A stretch of 64,000 nucleotides of DNA from Balanoglossus misakiensis (lineage: Eukaryota; Animalia; Hemichordata): assembly GCA_040954595.2 (NCBI GenBank), contig CM082587.2:12277753-12341752 (forward strand), given 5' to 3'. The notes under the pieces are model-generated. The model saw only the letters and a list, made by a program, of their open reading frames with translations. It was not told where the DNA came from and ran no database searches. Positions 12,332 to 22,720 of this stretch are shown one piece after another. Numbering within the stretch: position 1 is the stretch's first letter; each line of letters starts with the position of its first letter. A program made the translations under genes and the position numbers.

Positions 12332-12564
12332 GACTGCGCAGCTGGAAGTTAAAGTTCAGCATGTTCTGAAGCATGCACGCTGTGTCCAGGGGTTTCATGT
12401 GTGGAACAGCCAGCCTCTCATCACCAACACAATGCGGACTGGGATATTTTGCCAACAATGGAAGTATAGACTGTACGCCTTGTCCTGCCCCGGGTATAAG
12501 TGCCAATATGATGGTATGTCGGAGCCAGAGGTGTGTGAAGATGGATACTACACTAATATAGATG
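12332..12564 (+). pseudogene. GCC2/GCC3 (ephrin-receptor-like) Cys-repeat exon G1 (copy at 26410-26642)
   Basis: DCAAGS*SSACSEACTLCP / GFMCGTASLSSPTQCGLGYFANNGSIDCTPCPA / GYKCQYDGMSEPEVCEDGYYTNID; one stop and frameshifts; cag/.../gtgagt. Confidence 0.8.
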
Positions 12565-12613
12565 GTGAGTCAGCACTTAAAGTTTGGGCATTACTGTGTA
12601 ATCTTTCACTTAA

Positions 12614-13119
12614 AGGCACGTAAGCTGTAACTTTTGGGATAATTTTCATAATTTTTGTTTAAAACTGCACTACCATTAGTCCATGCAGATGAAGGCAGTG
12701 AACTATACACAAGCATTATAAACCCTAAATATGAGTGCATATGCAAGTTTTAACCAGATAAATAATAAAGCTTTGCCGCAAGCGATTATGGCCGCCACCC
12801 TGGGAAAATGCAAGAAACAATGAAAATGTTGCATTTCCGTTTGTGAAACTTCATAAACAAAACATGATCTCATCCACTTGAGCTCATGGAAGTAAATGTA
12901 CACCACTGAGACATCAGATTTTCATTTTTCATTGCAATATTGCACTTTTTTTAAAATTGCAGGAATTTTCGTTTTTTCTTTAATTTTTGGCCATTGTGTC
13001 ATAAATAAGTGTTGAGCTTGATATATTATCATGAAATATCATTTAATAGACATAATTAAAAGCATATATGAGATTATTTAAAACTTTAATTTTTTTATCC
13101 AGTTGAAGCTTACGTGCCT
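12614..13119. mobile_element. Kolobok-type MITE, 506 bp (copy at 26692-27196)
   Basis: TTAA|AGGCACGTAAGCT...AGCTTACGTGCCT|TTAA; perfect 13-bp TIR with RR..YY ends. Confidence 0.88.
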
Positions 13120-13544
13120 TTAAGGCGGACGATCATCTTATGTGCATGTACGTAATTCTGTGCGTACAAACATTACGTCCAGTCCAAATATTCTGCCAAT
13201 TTTACATCCAATGCATTCAAATAGTGGACTGCTTCGCTTTCATCCAGTTTTCATGTGCATCGTATAAGTAGACTTTTGTTTTGTCCCGTCTTTTCACCAA
13301 ATTTGCTCTTTTCCAAATCTCCGACACAGACTATGATCGTCACGATCTTGTCTGTTGTTAGAACAGCACACTGCCGTATGGCATTGACTGTACACAGTTT
13401 CTGTTACCAATATCTCTGGATTGGCATTTTCCTGTCCTCAATCTTTTGCCAGGGATTTTTGTCTCCCCAACCCGCGTGAGAATCCCACGTCTTTGAAGGT
13501 ATGACTGTGACTATAAGATTCTATAAATCTCTGTTTATTTTCAG

Positions 13545-13675
13545 CACAAACATCATGTGCTGATTGCCCAGCTGGTAACCAATGTCCAAATGGTAACACT
13601 GTGATTTTATGCTCGGCTGGTTATTACAGTTCGGCCTTGGACAAAGGATGTCTCGCTGTACCTCTTGCATAACAG
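13545..13675 (+). pseudogene. Cys-repeat exon G2 (copy at 27622-27752)
   Basis: QTSCADCPAGNQCPNGNTVILCSAGYYSSA... then a frameshift into CTSCIT; ttttcag/ and /gtaaac boundaries. Confidence 0.75.
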
Positions 13676-13929
13676 GTAAACTTCTACCCACCCACCTTTA
13701 TTTCCAACATCAAACATTAGGTCAGGTAATTTACTAACTGAAAAATAGGATGGGATCATTTTCTATTTCTGTATTTAAAATTTACTGATATAATATATGA
13801 ATGAAAAAATGACAATTTTTCCAAATTTGAATAGACCTCTATTTATGAAAATAATTAAAATTTGCACCAAATTTTTACAGTGGTATTCAAAGGTTAACTT
13901 GGTGTGTAAATTCTCTGTTTGATTTACAG

Positions 13930-14063
13930 ATCAGCTGGTGCTGAACATTGTACTATTTGTGAGCAAGGGTACGCCTGCATAGATCCCAGTGCATCGCAAT
14001 TCAAGTGTACCAAGGGTTACGTGTCATTGGCTGGTGCAACAAACTGTACCAGATGTACAAATG
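13930..14063 (+). pseudogene. Cys-repeat exon G3 (copy at 28007-28140)
   Basis: SAGAEHCTICEQGYACIDPSASQFKCTKGYVSLAGATNCTRCTN; cag/.../gtaaga. Confidence 0.8.
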
Positions 14064-14198
14064 GTAAGATTGTGGTACTTGTTCAGTTTGCTGTGTGATG
14101 AAACTGAGGGGTATGTGTGTATGCATGTATGTGTTTACAACAGATTATCAACTCAGTGCGAGATCTTGCGAGACAATGATTCCACTGAAGAGGTATTG

Positions 14199-14245
14199 TA
14201 CAGTAAAACCTGTGATTACGGACATCTCTCTAATAAGGGATCGTT
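14199..14245 (+). mobile_element. Tc1/mariner (pogo/Tigger-like) TIR fragment
   Basis: TA|CAGTAAAACCTGT... A reciprocal end, (C/G)AGGTTTTACTG|TA, occurs at about 310-322 and about 33838-33850. Confidence 0.45.
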
Positions 14246-14295
14246 GGACCAAACCATGGTGGAAAAAATCGTTCTTTGAATTTTTTCTGTGATAG

Positions 14296-14392
14296 GTTCA
14301 TACTCGTTAGGTTCGGCCACGTCCTTCTGGTTATGAATGCACAACTACAAGTGTCACACAGTGCGCTACAGGGCAGTAAAGTGCTGAAGGAG
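14296..14392 (+). pseudogene. Cys-repeat exon G5 (copy at 28958-29054)
   Basis: SYSLGSATS / PSGYECTTTSVTQCATGQ*SAEG; a frameshift and a stop; tag/.../gtaagt. Confidence 0.65.
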
Positions 14393-14503
14393 GTAAGTCT
14401 TGAAATCCCTTTTCTTCTTGTCTCGATTTGAACATGGTTCCACAAGTTGTTTTCATCACTTGTAGTTTTACATATTTTTTGAGTTCAACAGCTAGCTATA
14501 CAT

Positions 14504-15165
14504 GGTGTCCTGAGAAGTCAACCAGTATGAGAAGTCGGTCTCGGCCAGTACGAGAAGTCGGCCTGTGGGAGAGAACCCTGGTACTTTGTGTTATATATAA
14601 CTGTTTCACTACGAAATGTTTCCTTGATGTACAGGAGCTGAGATATTTGTACAAATAGCCGATGAATTTTAAAACTGTCTGTTCACTTTTCATGTACGTC
14701 ACCGGGGTACGTCAACATCAGTCACCTGCACTTCTTGAGCTGCGCCAGTAGTCTGTTCCTTGTCACGTTTGTTTGTTTGTTTGGTGTTGTCTCAGAAAGT
14801 ATGAATATACACATACATCTTCTATGTATTTTAGTAGGCTTTGAAACAACTCCCTTTAATCAGAAATGTCACAGGAATTTGGCGAACAACCTAAGCTCCT
14901 TATGCGGATACGGGGCTGGGGAACTGGTACGGATGCCAGACGCCATTATTTGAAATGACGCCATTGTGTTGTCAAGAATTTGGGAAATCCGTCCAAATGA
15001 AAATATTTAGTGCAATTATATTTTATTAAGTGTTGTTATAAGTAATCTGGGTCATTACTGCACTATTCGGGTACAAGTTCAACAACTGGCCGACTTCTCA
15101 TACTGGCCGACTTCTCATGCGCGCGAACTGGCCGACTTCTAATCTGGCCGACTTCTCATGTATTC
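14504..15165. mobile_element. Non-autonomous DNA transposon with repeat-rich TIRs and 8-bp TSD, MULE-like (copy at 29166-29831)
   Basis: CTATACAT flanks both ends (14496-14503, 15166-15173). GAGAAGTC(GGCC)-type repeats on the left are mirrored by CTGGCCGACTTCT x4 on the right. Confidence 0.75.
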
Positions 15166-15204
15166 CTATACATTATTGAAAATTGGGCAAACTGGTGTTT
15201 TCAG

Positions 15205-15318
15205 ACAACTTATGAAGTCCTTGTCTCAATGGAGGTACCTGCCAACAACAGGTAAATTCTTGTACTGCCACAATTTGCATGTGCACAGAGTGTTACTAGG
15301 GAACCAGTTGTGAGACAA
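15205..15318 (+). pseudogene. EGF-like exon E7, two stops (copy at 29871-29984)
   Basis: NL*SPCLNGGTCQQQVNSCTATICMCTECY*GTSCET followed by /gtaagt; the 5' boundary is uncertain. Confidence 0.75.
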
Positions 15319-15589
15319 GTAAGTTTGAATCTGTAGCAGTTAATAATGATAATTATCATTTTTTTATTATGATTTAAACTTCACTGATGTTGTACAAACA
15401 CAAAAATAGAAAGGAATAGCAGCTTAGCTCTATTCCGTTTCGAAAGTTTTTGTTCTTTTAAACTACCTGTGCATTTTTTTTATTTATTCTGATTATGCTA
15501 ATATGCTAATTTGTCGGTTTGTCACATCACAATTTTTGAAGGAAACTCACCCCTGATGATCATGGAAAATTTGACCCTTTTCCTTGCAG

Positions 15590-15712
15590 GACTCAACCAG
15601 TGTCAACCAAATCCGTGCCAGAATGGTGGCTTCTGTCAACCGGCTCGAAATTCCTGCTTTGATCTCACCTGCATATGTACTGGTTGCTACAAAGGTGATA
15701 GGTGTGAGATAT
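15590..15712 (+). pseudogene. EGF-like exon E8, individually intact (copy at 30284-30406)
   Basis: 123 bp; LNQCQPNPCQNGGFCQPARNSCFDLTCICTGCYKGDRCEI; strong splice sites. Confidence 0.88.
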
Positions 15713-16244
15713 GTAAGTATACAGCGCAGTCTCATTCAAATACTGCATGTTTCCTGAGCATAGGTGTAGCCATCACCACAGCAGAGCTTGGAGAGTTCTT
15801 GACATCGAATGCAAGATTACACTCTTTCCAATCAAAATCACTTTCGTGGCGCATAATGTCTTGATTGTCTTGGTTCAAGAAACATTATGCGCGACTGGCC
15901 AATTTTACTGCCTTTTGTCAACACACATCCACTATGGAAATTCTCACTCCAGGCCAGATAGTGTAAATTTACATATGAGTCTACAGGTGTGCTTGAAGTC
16001 AAGTCAAGCATTTGCAAGGAACCCTCCTCCAGTACACAGGTCTTTGATTTCATGAAGGGAAGCCCTTGCCTCACAGTCACTGCCATGTGATCTATGGAGG
16101 TGTGAACAACTTGATACCAGCCTAATATAAGTTGTAGGCACAATCACTCCACACACCCTTGCCATAATTCTGCAAGGTTTTTGCCATATCTGTACTGTAG
16201 AATGAGTAGCAAGGAATAAAATGGCGTCCTTTCTTAATTTCCAG

Positions 16245-16359
16245 TGCAAAACCCCTGTGATCCCAACCCATGTATGAATGGTGGATTTTGCCAGCAAACA
16301 TCGTGCAATTTCTATTCATGCCAGTGTGTGAACTCTTACACAGGTGACATCTGTCAAAC
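16245..16359 (+). pseudogene. EGF-like exon E9, separated from its donor by a transposon (copy at 30961-31075)
   Basis: QNPCDPNPCMNGGFCQQTSCNFYSCQCVNSYTGDICQT; the donor gtgagt is displaced to 17253. Confidence 0.85.
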
Positions 16360-17243
16360 CATAGACCCTAGAGAAAGAAGGGCGAGCAACTGCGGCAAAG
16401 ATCAAAGGGTTTGGGGATTATCTGTATGATGATGTTTTTTGTATATAATTAACACCCAGGACAGTCGGACAATGACTTCCTTACTTCGGCACGTGTCGAC
16501 CCCACCAGTGATGCGAAAACTTGCCACCAAACTGGCACTACTGCATTTCAGCAGCCACTGCGTTTTTTTCTAAAATTCTAAAAGTATTACGATGTCTGTG
16601 CTAATTATTATGGTTTGGTGTTCGTCTGTCGGTTGAACGGTCATTTCTAGTGCCACAAGCTTCATTTAAAAATTGTAAACAAATCATCCATGTTTTTTGC
16701 ATGTCCGACTGGGCACTCATATTTCTTAGTAACGCTGACACTTTTCGTAATAATTTTATGTTTGCGTGAAGCATTGAAATAAAAATTGTGGTTTAGGGGC
16801 ATTTTATTTCGCAGTGCGTGAACAATAAAACAGATTTCACGAAAACAATTTGTAAACAAACTGGGTGGATTATCATGTGTGCGCTATGGCCGCCAGGCAA
16901 CCCTCGGTACGGTTAGCTCACAGCCTTGTGAAATACCCGGACTGTTAGACAAAAGATGCTTGTTTTGGACGCTGTCAGACTCAGATTCAAATTCCTGTTT
17001 AACTTGTCCAGATGTGTTCCATAAATAATCGCTGCGTTCAACCACGTTGCAGTTTTCTCGTCTTCTGTGAGATGTTCTGAGGTGTTGTGATAACTTCACA
17101 CAAAACACGAGACTTTGCGTTAGTTTATACACAGTTTATTTGCAAATTGGATTATTGGGATTTATCTGGAAATAATGTATGCAAAAGAACATCATTTCAA
17201 GAAAAAACTGGAGTTGCGCGTCCTTCTTTCTCTAGGGTCCATG
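16360..17243. mobile_element. P-superfamily-like MITE, 884 bp (copy at 31076-31960)
   Basis: About 32-bp TIR CATAGACCCTAGAGAAAGAAGG... / ...CCTTCTTTCTCTAGGGTCCATG; 7-bp TSD GTCAAAC at 16353-16359 and 17244-17250. Confidence 0.85.
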
Positions 17244-17730
17244 GTCAAACAAGTGAGTATATACTTTCAAGACACCCTGCAAACAAACAAGCCATCTTCA
17301 TTCCGTAGATCTTTTAAGCTTATTTATACATTGTAAATTTTGATGTGAAACTTTATTGGTCTTGTTGCCAAACTTCTGAAGAAATGAGGATATTGTTTTG
17401 AAGGGTATTTTATCAGTAGGTAACAAATACCATGGCCCTCCATGCAAATACCCACATGGTAAATTAAAACTGTTACAGATGTATTTGATTTCCACATATT
17501 GATTACATGTGGGATAATATTGGGTGCTGGCAGTTTCAGTAAATGAACTGCTCTTAAAAGTTGGGCGTCAGGGCACCCTTGATTTTGCCTGTTCCAAGTT
17601 AGAATAGTCTGTCCATATGAATATTTGTTCAGCAAGTTACAAGCAATCTTTTAAGTTTGGAATGAAAAAATAGTGAAATGACTTGTGATGTTAATATGCA
17701 ATTGTTGGTTGATTTACATGCAACCCCCAG

Positions 17731-17853
17731 GACTCGATCAATGTTCTCCCAATCCGTGCATGAACAACGGTATCTGTGAGCCAATCAGTGGATCGTGCAG
17801 TGCGTTTACCTGTCGCTGTCAAGGCTGTATCATTGGAATCACCTGTGACCAAG
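17731..17853 (+). pseudogene. EGF-like exon E10 (copy at 32448-32570 has Cys changed to Tyr)
   Basis: 123 bp; LDQCSPNPCMNNGICEPISGSCSAFTCRCQGCIIGITCDQ. Confidence 0.88.
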
Positions 17854-20800
17854 GTAAATTTATCAGACGAGGAACTGTTTTTCCCCCCTCATACCGGTAT
17901 ATTTGTCATAGCTGGCAGCTATGAAATTACCTGTATATTTAGGATGTGACAAACCAAATAGGCACTTTCAGGAATTGAGTCTTTTTTGCAATTACTAAGT
18001 CCTAAACTCCCAAAAGTATAATAAGTAATTCTTATTGTTCAGTTATACATTAAGGAGGCTTAGTTATAGGAGAACCCGATAGAACCACAGCTGTCAGAAT
18101 GGTGGAAACTGTGTGCTGACGCCCAATTGGTGTACTGAATTCACATGCTCCTGTACAAGCTGTTACTCCGGCGATTTATGTCAGACATGTGAGTGATTTT
18201 AAATTTCAGACGAAGAGGAACATAATAACATAACACATAATCGGCTTGCAGTTGGTTTCTTCCAACCTGTATCAAACAGTGAATAACGACACAATTTTGG
18301 GGAAATTTATTAAGAATGTGTGTGCCATAAAAGGGGATTGTGTATTTGACCAAACAACAACCTGCACCGTATGGTACACTAAGACACTATTACACCTGTG
18401 TCAAAATTTCATTACGTTTCTTTTGTTGAACATGGAAGAAATTTGTCACAGTGATGTTCTGTTGACCAACTGAGATTTTTACCACTCAACCCTGACTGCA
18501 CAAATCTGTTTAAAGTATATGTAGTAAATATTAACTGTACACAATTTATATCACTTTCTCTTCTGTGCACAGATTTGAATCCGTGTCAGCCCAACCCTTG
18601 TCTAAACAGTGGATTCTGCCAGCAAGTGTCCTGCACCGAGTTCAGATGCCAGAGTTCGCGCTGTTTCATCGGAACCACGTGCGCTGAACGTAAGCAAACC
18701 AGTGTCAGATTTGCCGCACAAAGTAGAAATCGCTGGGCTTTGTCATTGATATTGTCTCAATAAAGTTGCCTGTGATTGTGCAGCTAACCAAGAGACTTAT
18801 ATGCACTACCGTAGCCATGATGTATACTTTCATTGACTCAAATGCTCATCAGAGTAGATGTTGCTATTTTTCCAACCGTAAATTGAAACATCAGAAAGTT
18901 ATGACATCAACTACCCCCACCCCCACCCCACCCCACCCCCAACTAGTAAATATTATAAGATGCTGTAATTATGATAAAGATGGTAGCACCAAGCTTGGAT
19001 CAAGTGGTCTTCATTATCCTTCACACATGAACATGATCACACGGATGTGCAATCTTCTGACAGTCTGCTACAGATTTCACTTCCCACTCAAGTGTGTAAG
19101 ACCCTAATGTGATACTTTTCATTTCTCTCACCCTTAGCGATCAACCAGTGTCTTCTAAACCCATGTCTGAATAACGGAGTGTATCAGCCACTTCAAGGCT
19201 CCTGCTCAATCTACACCTGCAACTGTCCAACCTGCTACACTGGGCAAACATGTGTTACATGTAAGTCACAAGTTTTTAGGTCCCATTGGTATGTACCATG
19301 GGACCTTATGGGATTGGTTACGTCTGTATGTATGGATGGATGGATGGATGGATGTATGTCTGTATGTCCGTCCACATCGAAAACTTGAAAACCGCAGCGC
19401 GTATGACCTCGATATTTGGCGTGTAGATGCAGGCAGGGCTGTAGATGGGAGTTGATTTGAAAATTGGTATGCATGTACCTTATATCAACCTCATACCTCA
19501 TACAATCCTGTATGTTTTGAGCTAATATTATCGATTTCCTATTTTTTTTGCATTTTTTTGTATTTTTCCATGTTATTGGTAAAATGTCTTTGAAATTTAG
19601 TATGAAGCCTCCTAATGTTGTCTAAGTAACCATAGTTTTGTTCAAATTGTTGCAAAATTTGCATATCTATAATTTTGAGCAATATTTGCCATTTTTGGTC
19701 AAAAAATGTTTTTCTTTAAAACCTCATGCCAGATTGCTTTCCAATTTGGTAGGCATGTTCGTAGGGGTAACCTAAATAATATGTTGTAAAAAAAAAAGAT
19801 ATTTGCATAAATGTGTTATCGGGGAAACTTTTGCAATTTTTGTCAAAAATTGTTTTCTCTGAAACCGCTTGTCCTATTGCATTGAACTTAGGCAGCATGT
19901 TCCTTGTAGTGATTGAAGTAAGATATTGTACAATTTTGGTGATATTTGCATATTTGTGTTTTTGCCACTTTTGAACAAATATTTTCTGTGAAACTGCTTG
20001 TTGGATTGCTTTGAAATTAGTTTTTTCTCTGATTGCTTTGAAATTTAGGATATAATTTCATAACACATACCTGTATATGTGCAACTTTTATTCAGTTCTG
20101 AGATCAGAAAGATTAAATATTTAGCGAGTTTTTTTGGTAAGTTTCTTAGTTTTTGGTTAGCAAATCTTCTCCTAAACAAATTGTCCAGTTGTTTTTAAAG
20201 TTACTATTTACAAGGAGTTGTTACCTCGAACAAAGACATGTTTACATAACTTAAATAGGCCAGCTGTTACAGAGACCACCAGCTATCAAATTTTAATTAC
20301 CAGTGGCAGGTCAGTGTGTGTCTGTTCCAGGGCTGACTGAAAGAAGTTGCTTCGCATATGTGTTTGTACAGACAATTTTTGGTCATTTTTTTTCTAGCAC
20401 CACTTGTAAGACTGCCATGACACATGACAGTTTATTGGGCATGTTCCTTGTTAATGTTTTTACATTCCATATTTCTATATGGTCAGATCATATCTGCTTG
20501 CAAATGTCACCTGTAATTTTTATTCTGGTGTGTCACTGTTTCCGCATAATCCTCAAATGTCATCAGATCTCCGAATGTGATGAAAACAGTGTGTTTTGAG
20601 TGTTTTTTAAATGACCTTTTGGGTTAAAAGTGGCAAAAATGGCAATTTTGTCTTGAAAGGGGTCAATAAGACTGACTTTTTTGGAATCAGCACCATTTTT
20701 TACATTGAATGGACTAGTCTGCTCAAACTTTCCTTACCAACAATTCTGTTTAATCTTCTGTAACATGTATACTAGTATACATGTAGCTGCCTGATAGTTT

Positions 20801-21733
20801 GCCCTGCGTGTGTAATTGCTGAGTGACATAACGCATTCTGTGATTGGTGCAGTCACGTAACCACCAATAAGATCGCTTGTTATAAGGAGAACTGCACGAC
20901 CTTTAACCGCATTAGCATACCTGATTTTTAGGGCTCGATATTACCTCTGAGGACGCAATATTTAAGTTGAAGTTTTTTTTCTTTTATCATATTAGAGCAA
21001 GAAGACTTGTTTTTATGTAAAAGAAATAAACCTTAATATACAGAGTGCATTTTGAAACGATAGGCAGGTCCGGCCCATAGCCTAATTCTTCATTTTTCTG
21101 TCATGCGTAGGAATTGATCAGTGCTAACAACCCATGTCAAAATGGCAGCACTTGCCAACCCTAACCTCGTGTGGGGCATTGACGTGCACCTGCCAAGGAT
21201 GCTATACTGGGAGCGCTGTGAAAATTGTCAGTCAGTTTCTTTTGTCAAATTAATCAATATGTGTGGGACTGCTATACATGTATATAAAACAGAATACTGC
21301 GATGGAAAATTCTATAACTTAATGTTTCACTGGATATATGACTTAAAGTTAGCAGGATGCAGTGAATTCAACAGAAAGTGTAATTTCCTCTTGTGTGAGC
21401 TCTGTGCGACTGTGCCAATGAAAATCTCACCACAAACAAAAATGACAGGTATACACTGTATATTAGCAGCTTTGTCTCTGTAATAGCCATAGTGTTTTGA
21501 AGTTGAAAACTTGCAAAGTGTGCAGTTTTATTCACACTACAAAGGAAACATTGTTGAAACGGATTATCTGTGTACATTGTCAAACTGTACACTTGTCGCG
21601 AGATTTATTCTCAATTATATTATATCATGCTACCGTCCGCAATTCTGATTGGACGAGAGCTAAATCCAGCGATGCTAAAATACTCAATAATGCACTGCTG
21701 ACAGTGGTAAAACGGGCTTTCTGTTTGCCACAT

Positions 21734-22720
21734 GGGTTTGTTCTTTAGGTTGTTGTATGTGTTTACACTCATCATGTTTATAGTAGAACCAGGGTCGATC
21801 AGTGAGGCAACTGCTGTTTGTTCTATCTGCACTGTTACTTGAGGCCTCCTGCCATTTGATTGTTGTTCAGTGAAGCAGTATTCATCTCCCGAGCTGTCTT
21901 CCACTTTATGCACAGCTTTGACAGTTTCATCCTTGTCTACCCTATTTGCCTTGTCTTTTGATCGGTAGCATTTGGCAAAATAGTTAGGTTTGCCACACTT
22001 CCTGCATGACTTGCCTTTAGCTGGACATACTGAGTCATGTGGATAGGTGCCACCACAATAATAACAAGTGGACGGTCCTTTCGCTGGCTGCTGATGAGCT
22101 CTCTTTTGTTTATTTGGTTTCGGGCGTTGGTGGCGCTGTTTTCTGACCGCATTCACAGATGCCGTATCTGCACCATAATTTTGGGTTTTCTCCTCAATCC
22201 CACTAGCCTGAACCTCTGATACCTCAAATGAACAGGCTGTACTCAGTAGATTCTCTAGTGTCGTCTCCTCCCGAAGTGCACGACGTCTGAGACGGGCTGA
22301 TGTGAATCCTCGTATGATTTGTGATTTGACCTCTTGATCCTTATTGGTGAAGTCACATATGTTTCTGCTAGGCGTTGCAAACAAGTGTGATAGGCATCAA
22401 TCGATTCGCCGTTGTTTTGTATGGTGTCTCTGAAGATAAATCGTTCGTATTCAATGTTCCGTTTGGGTGAGAAGTATGACGAAAGCTTTAATTTGGCTGT
22501 TTCACAGCTAGTTCCTGTATCTGGTAGAGTATCAAAGAAGTCGGAAACTTCCTCACCTGCCCAGTGCAATAGCAGTGCACGTTGTCGCTTGTCATCTGTA
22601 ATGTTGAATGCGACAAATGCGTTTTCTACTCTAGCCATGTACTTTTTCCATCTCGTACTGGTGGTTGTCGGGTCTGAATGAACAGGAAAACTCGGCATTG
22701 ACGGCTAGCTGATTCTCCAT
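21734..22720 (-). mobile_element. Gypsy gag-protease, copy B
   Basis: ORFs 21620..22384 and 22255..22698 are near-identical to those in copy A. Confidence 0.88.

Larger units (their letters stand above)
1418..18094 (+). repeat. Tandem segmental duplication, copy A (~16.7 kb)
   Basis: Near-identical to 18085-32812. The ORF track repeats with offsets of 16642, 16553, 14077 and 14717. Confidence 0.95.

Noticed and set aside
15720-16200. Coding-like composition in the E8-E9 intron (ORF 15838..16143)
   Set aside because: No recognisable motif in any frame.
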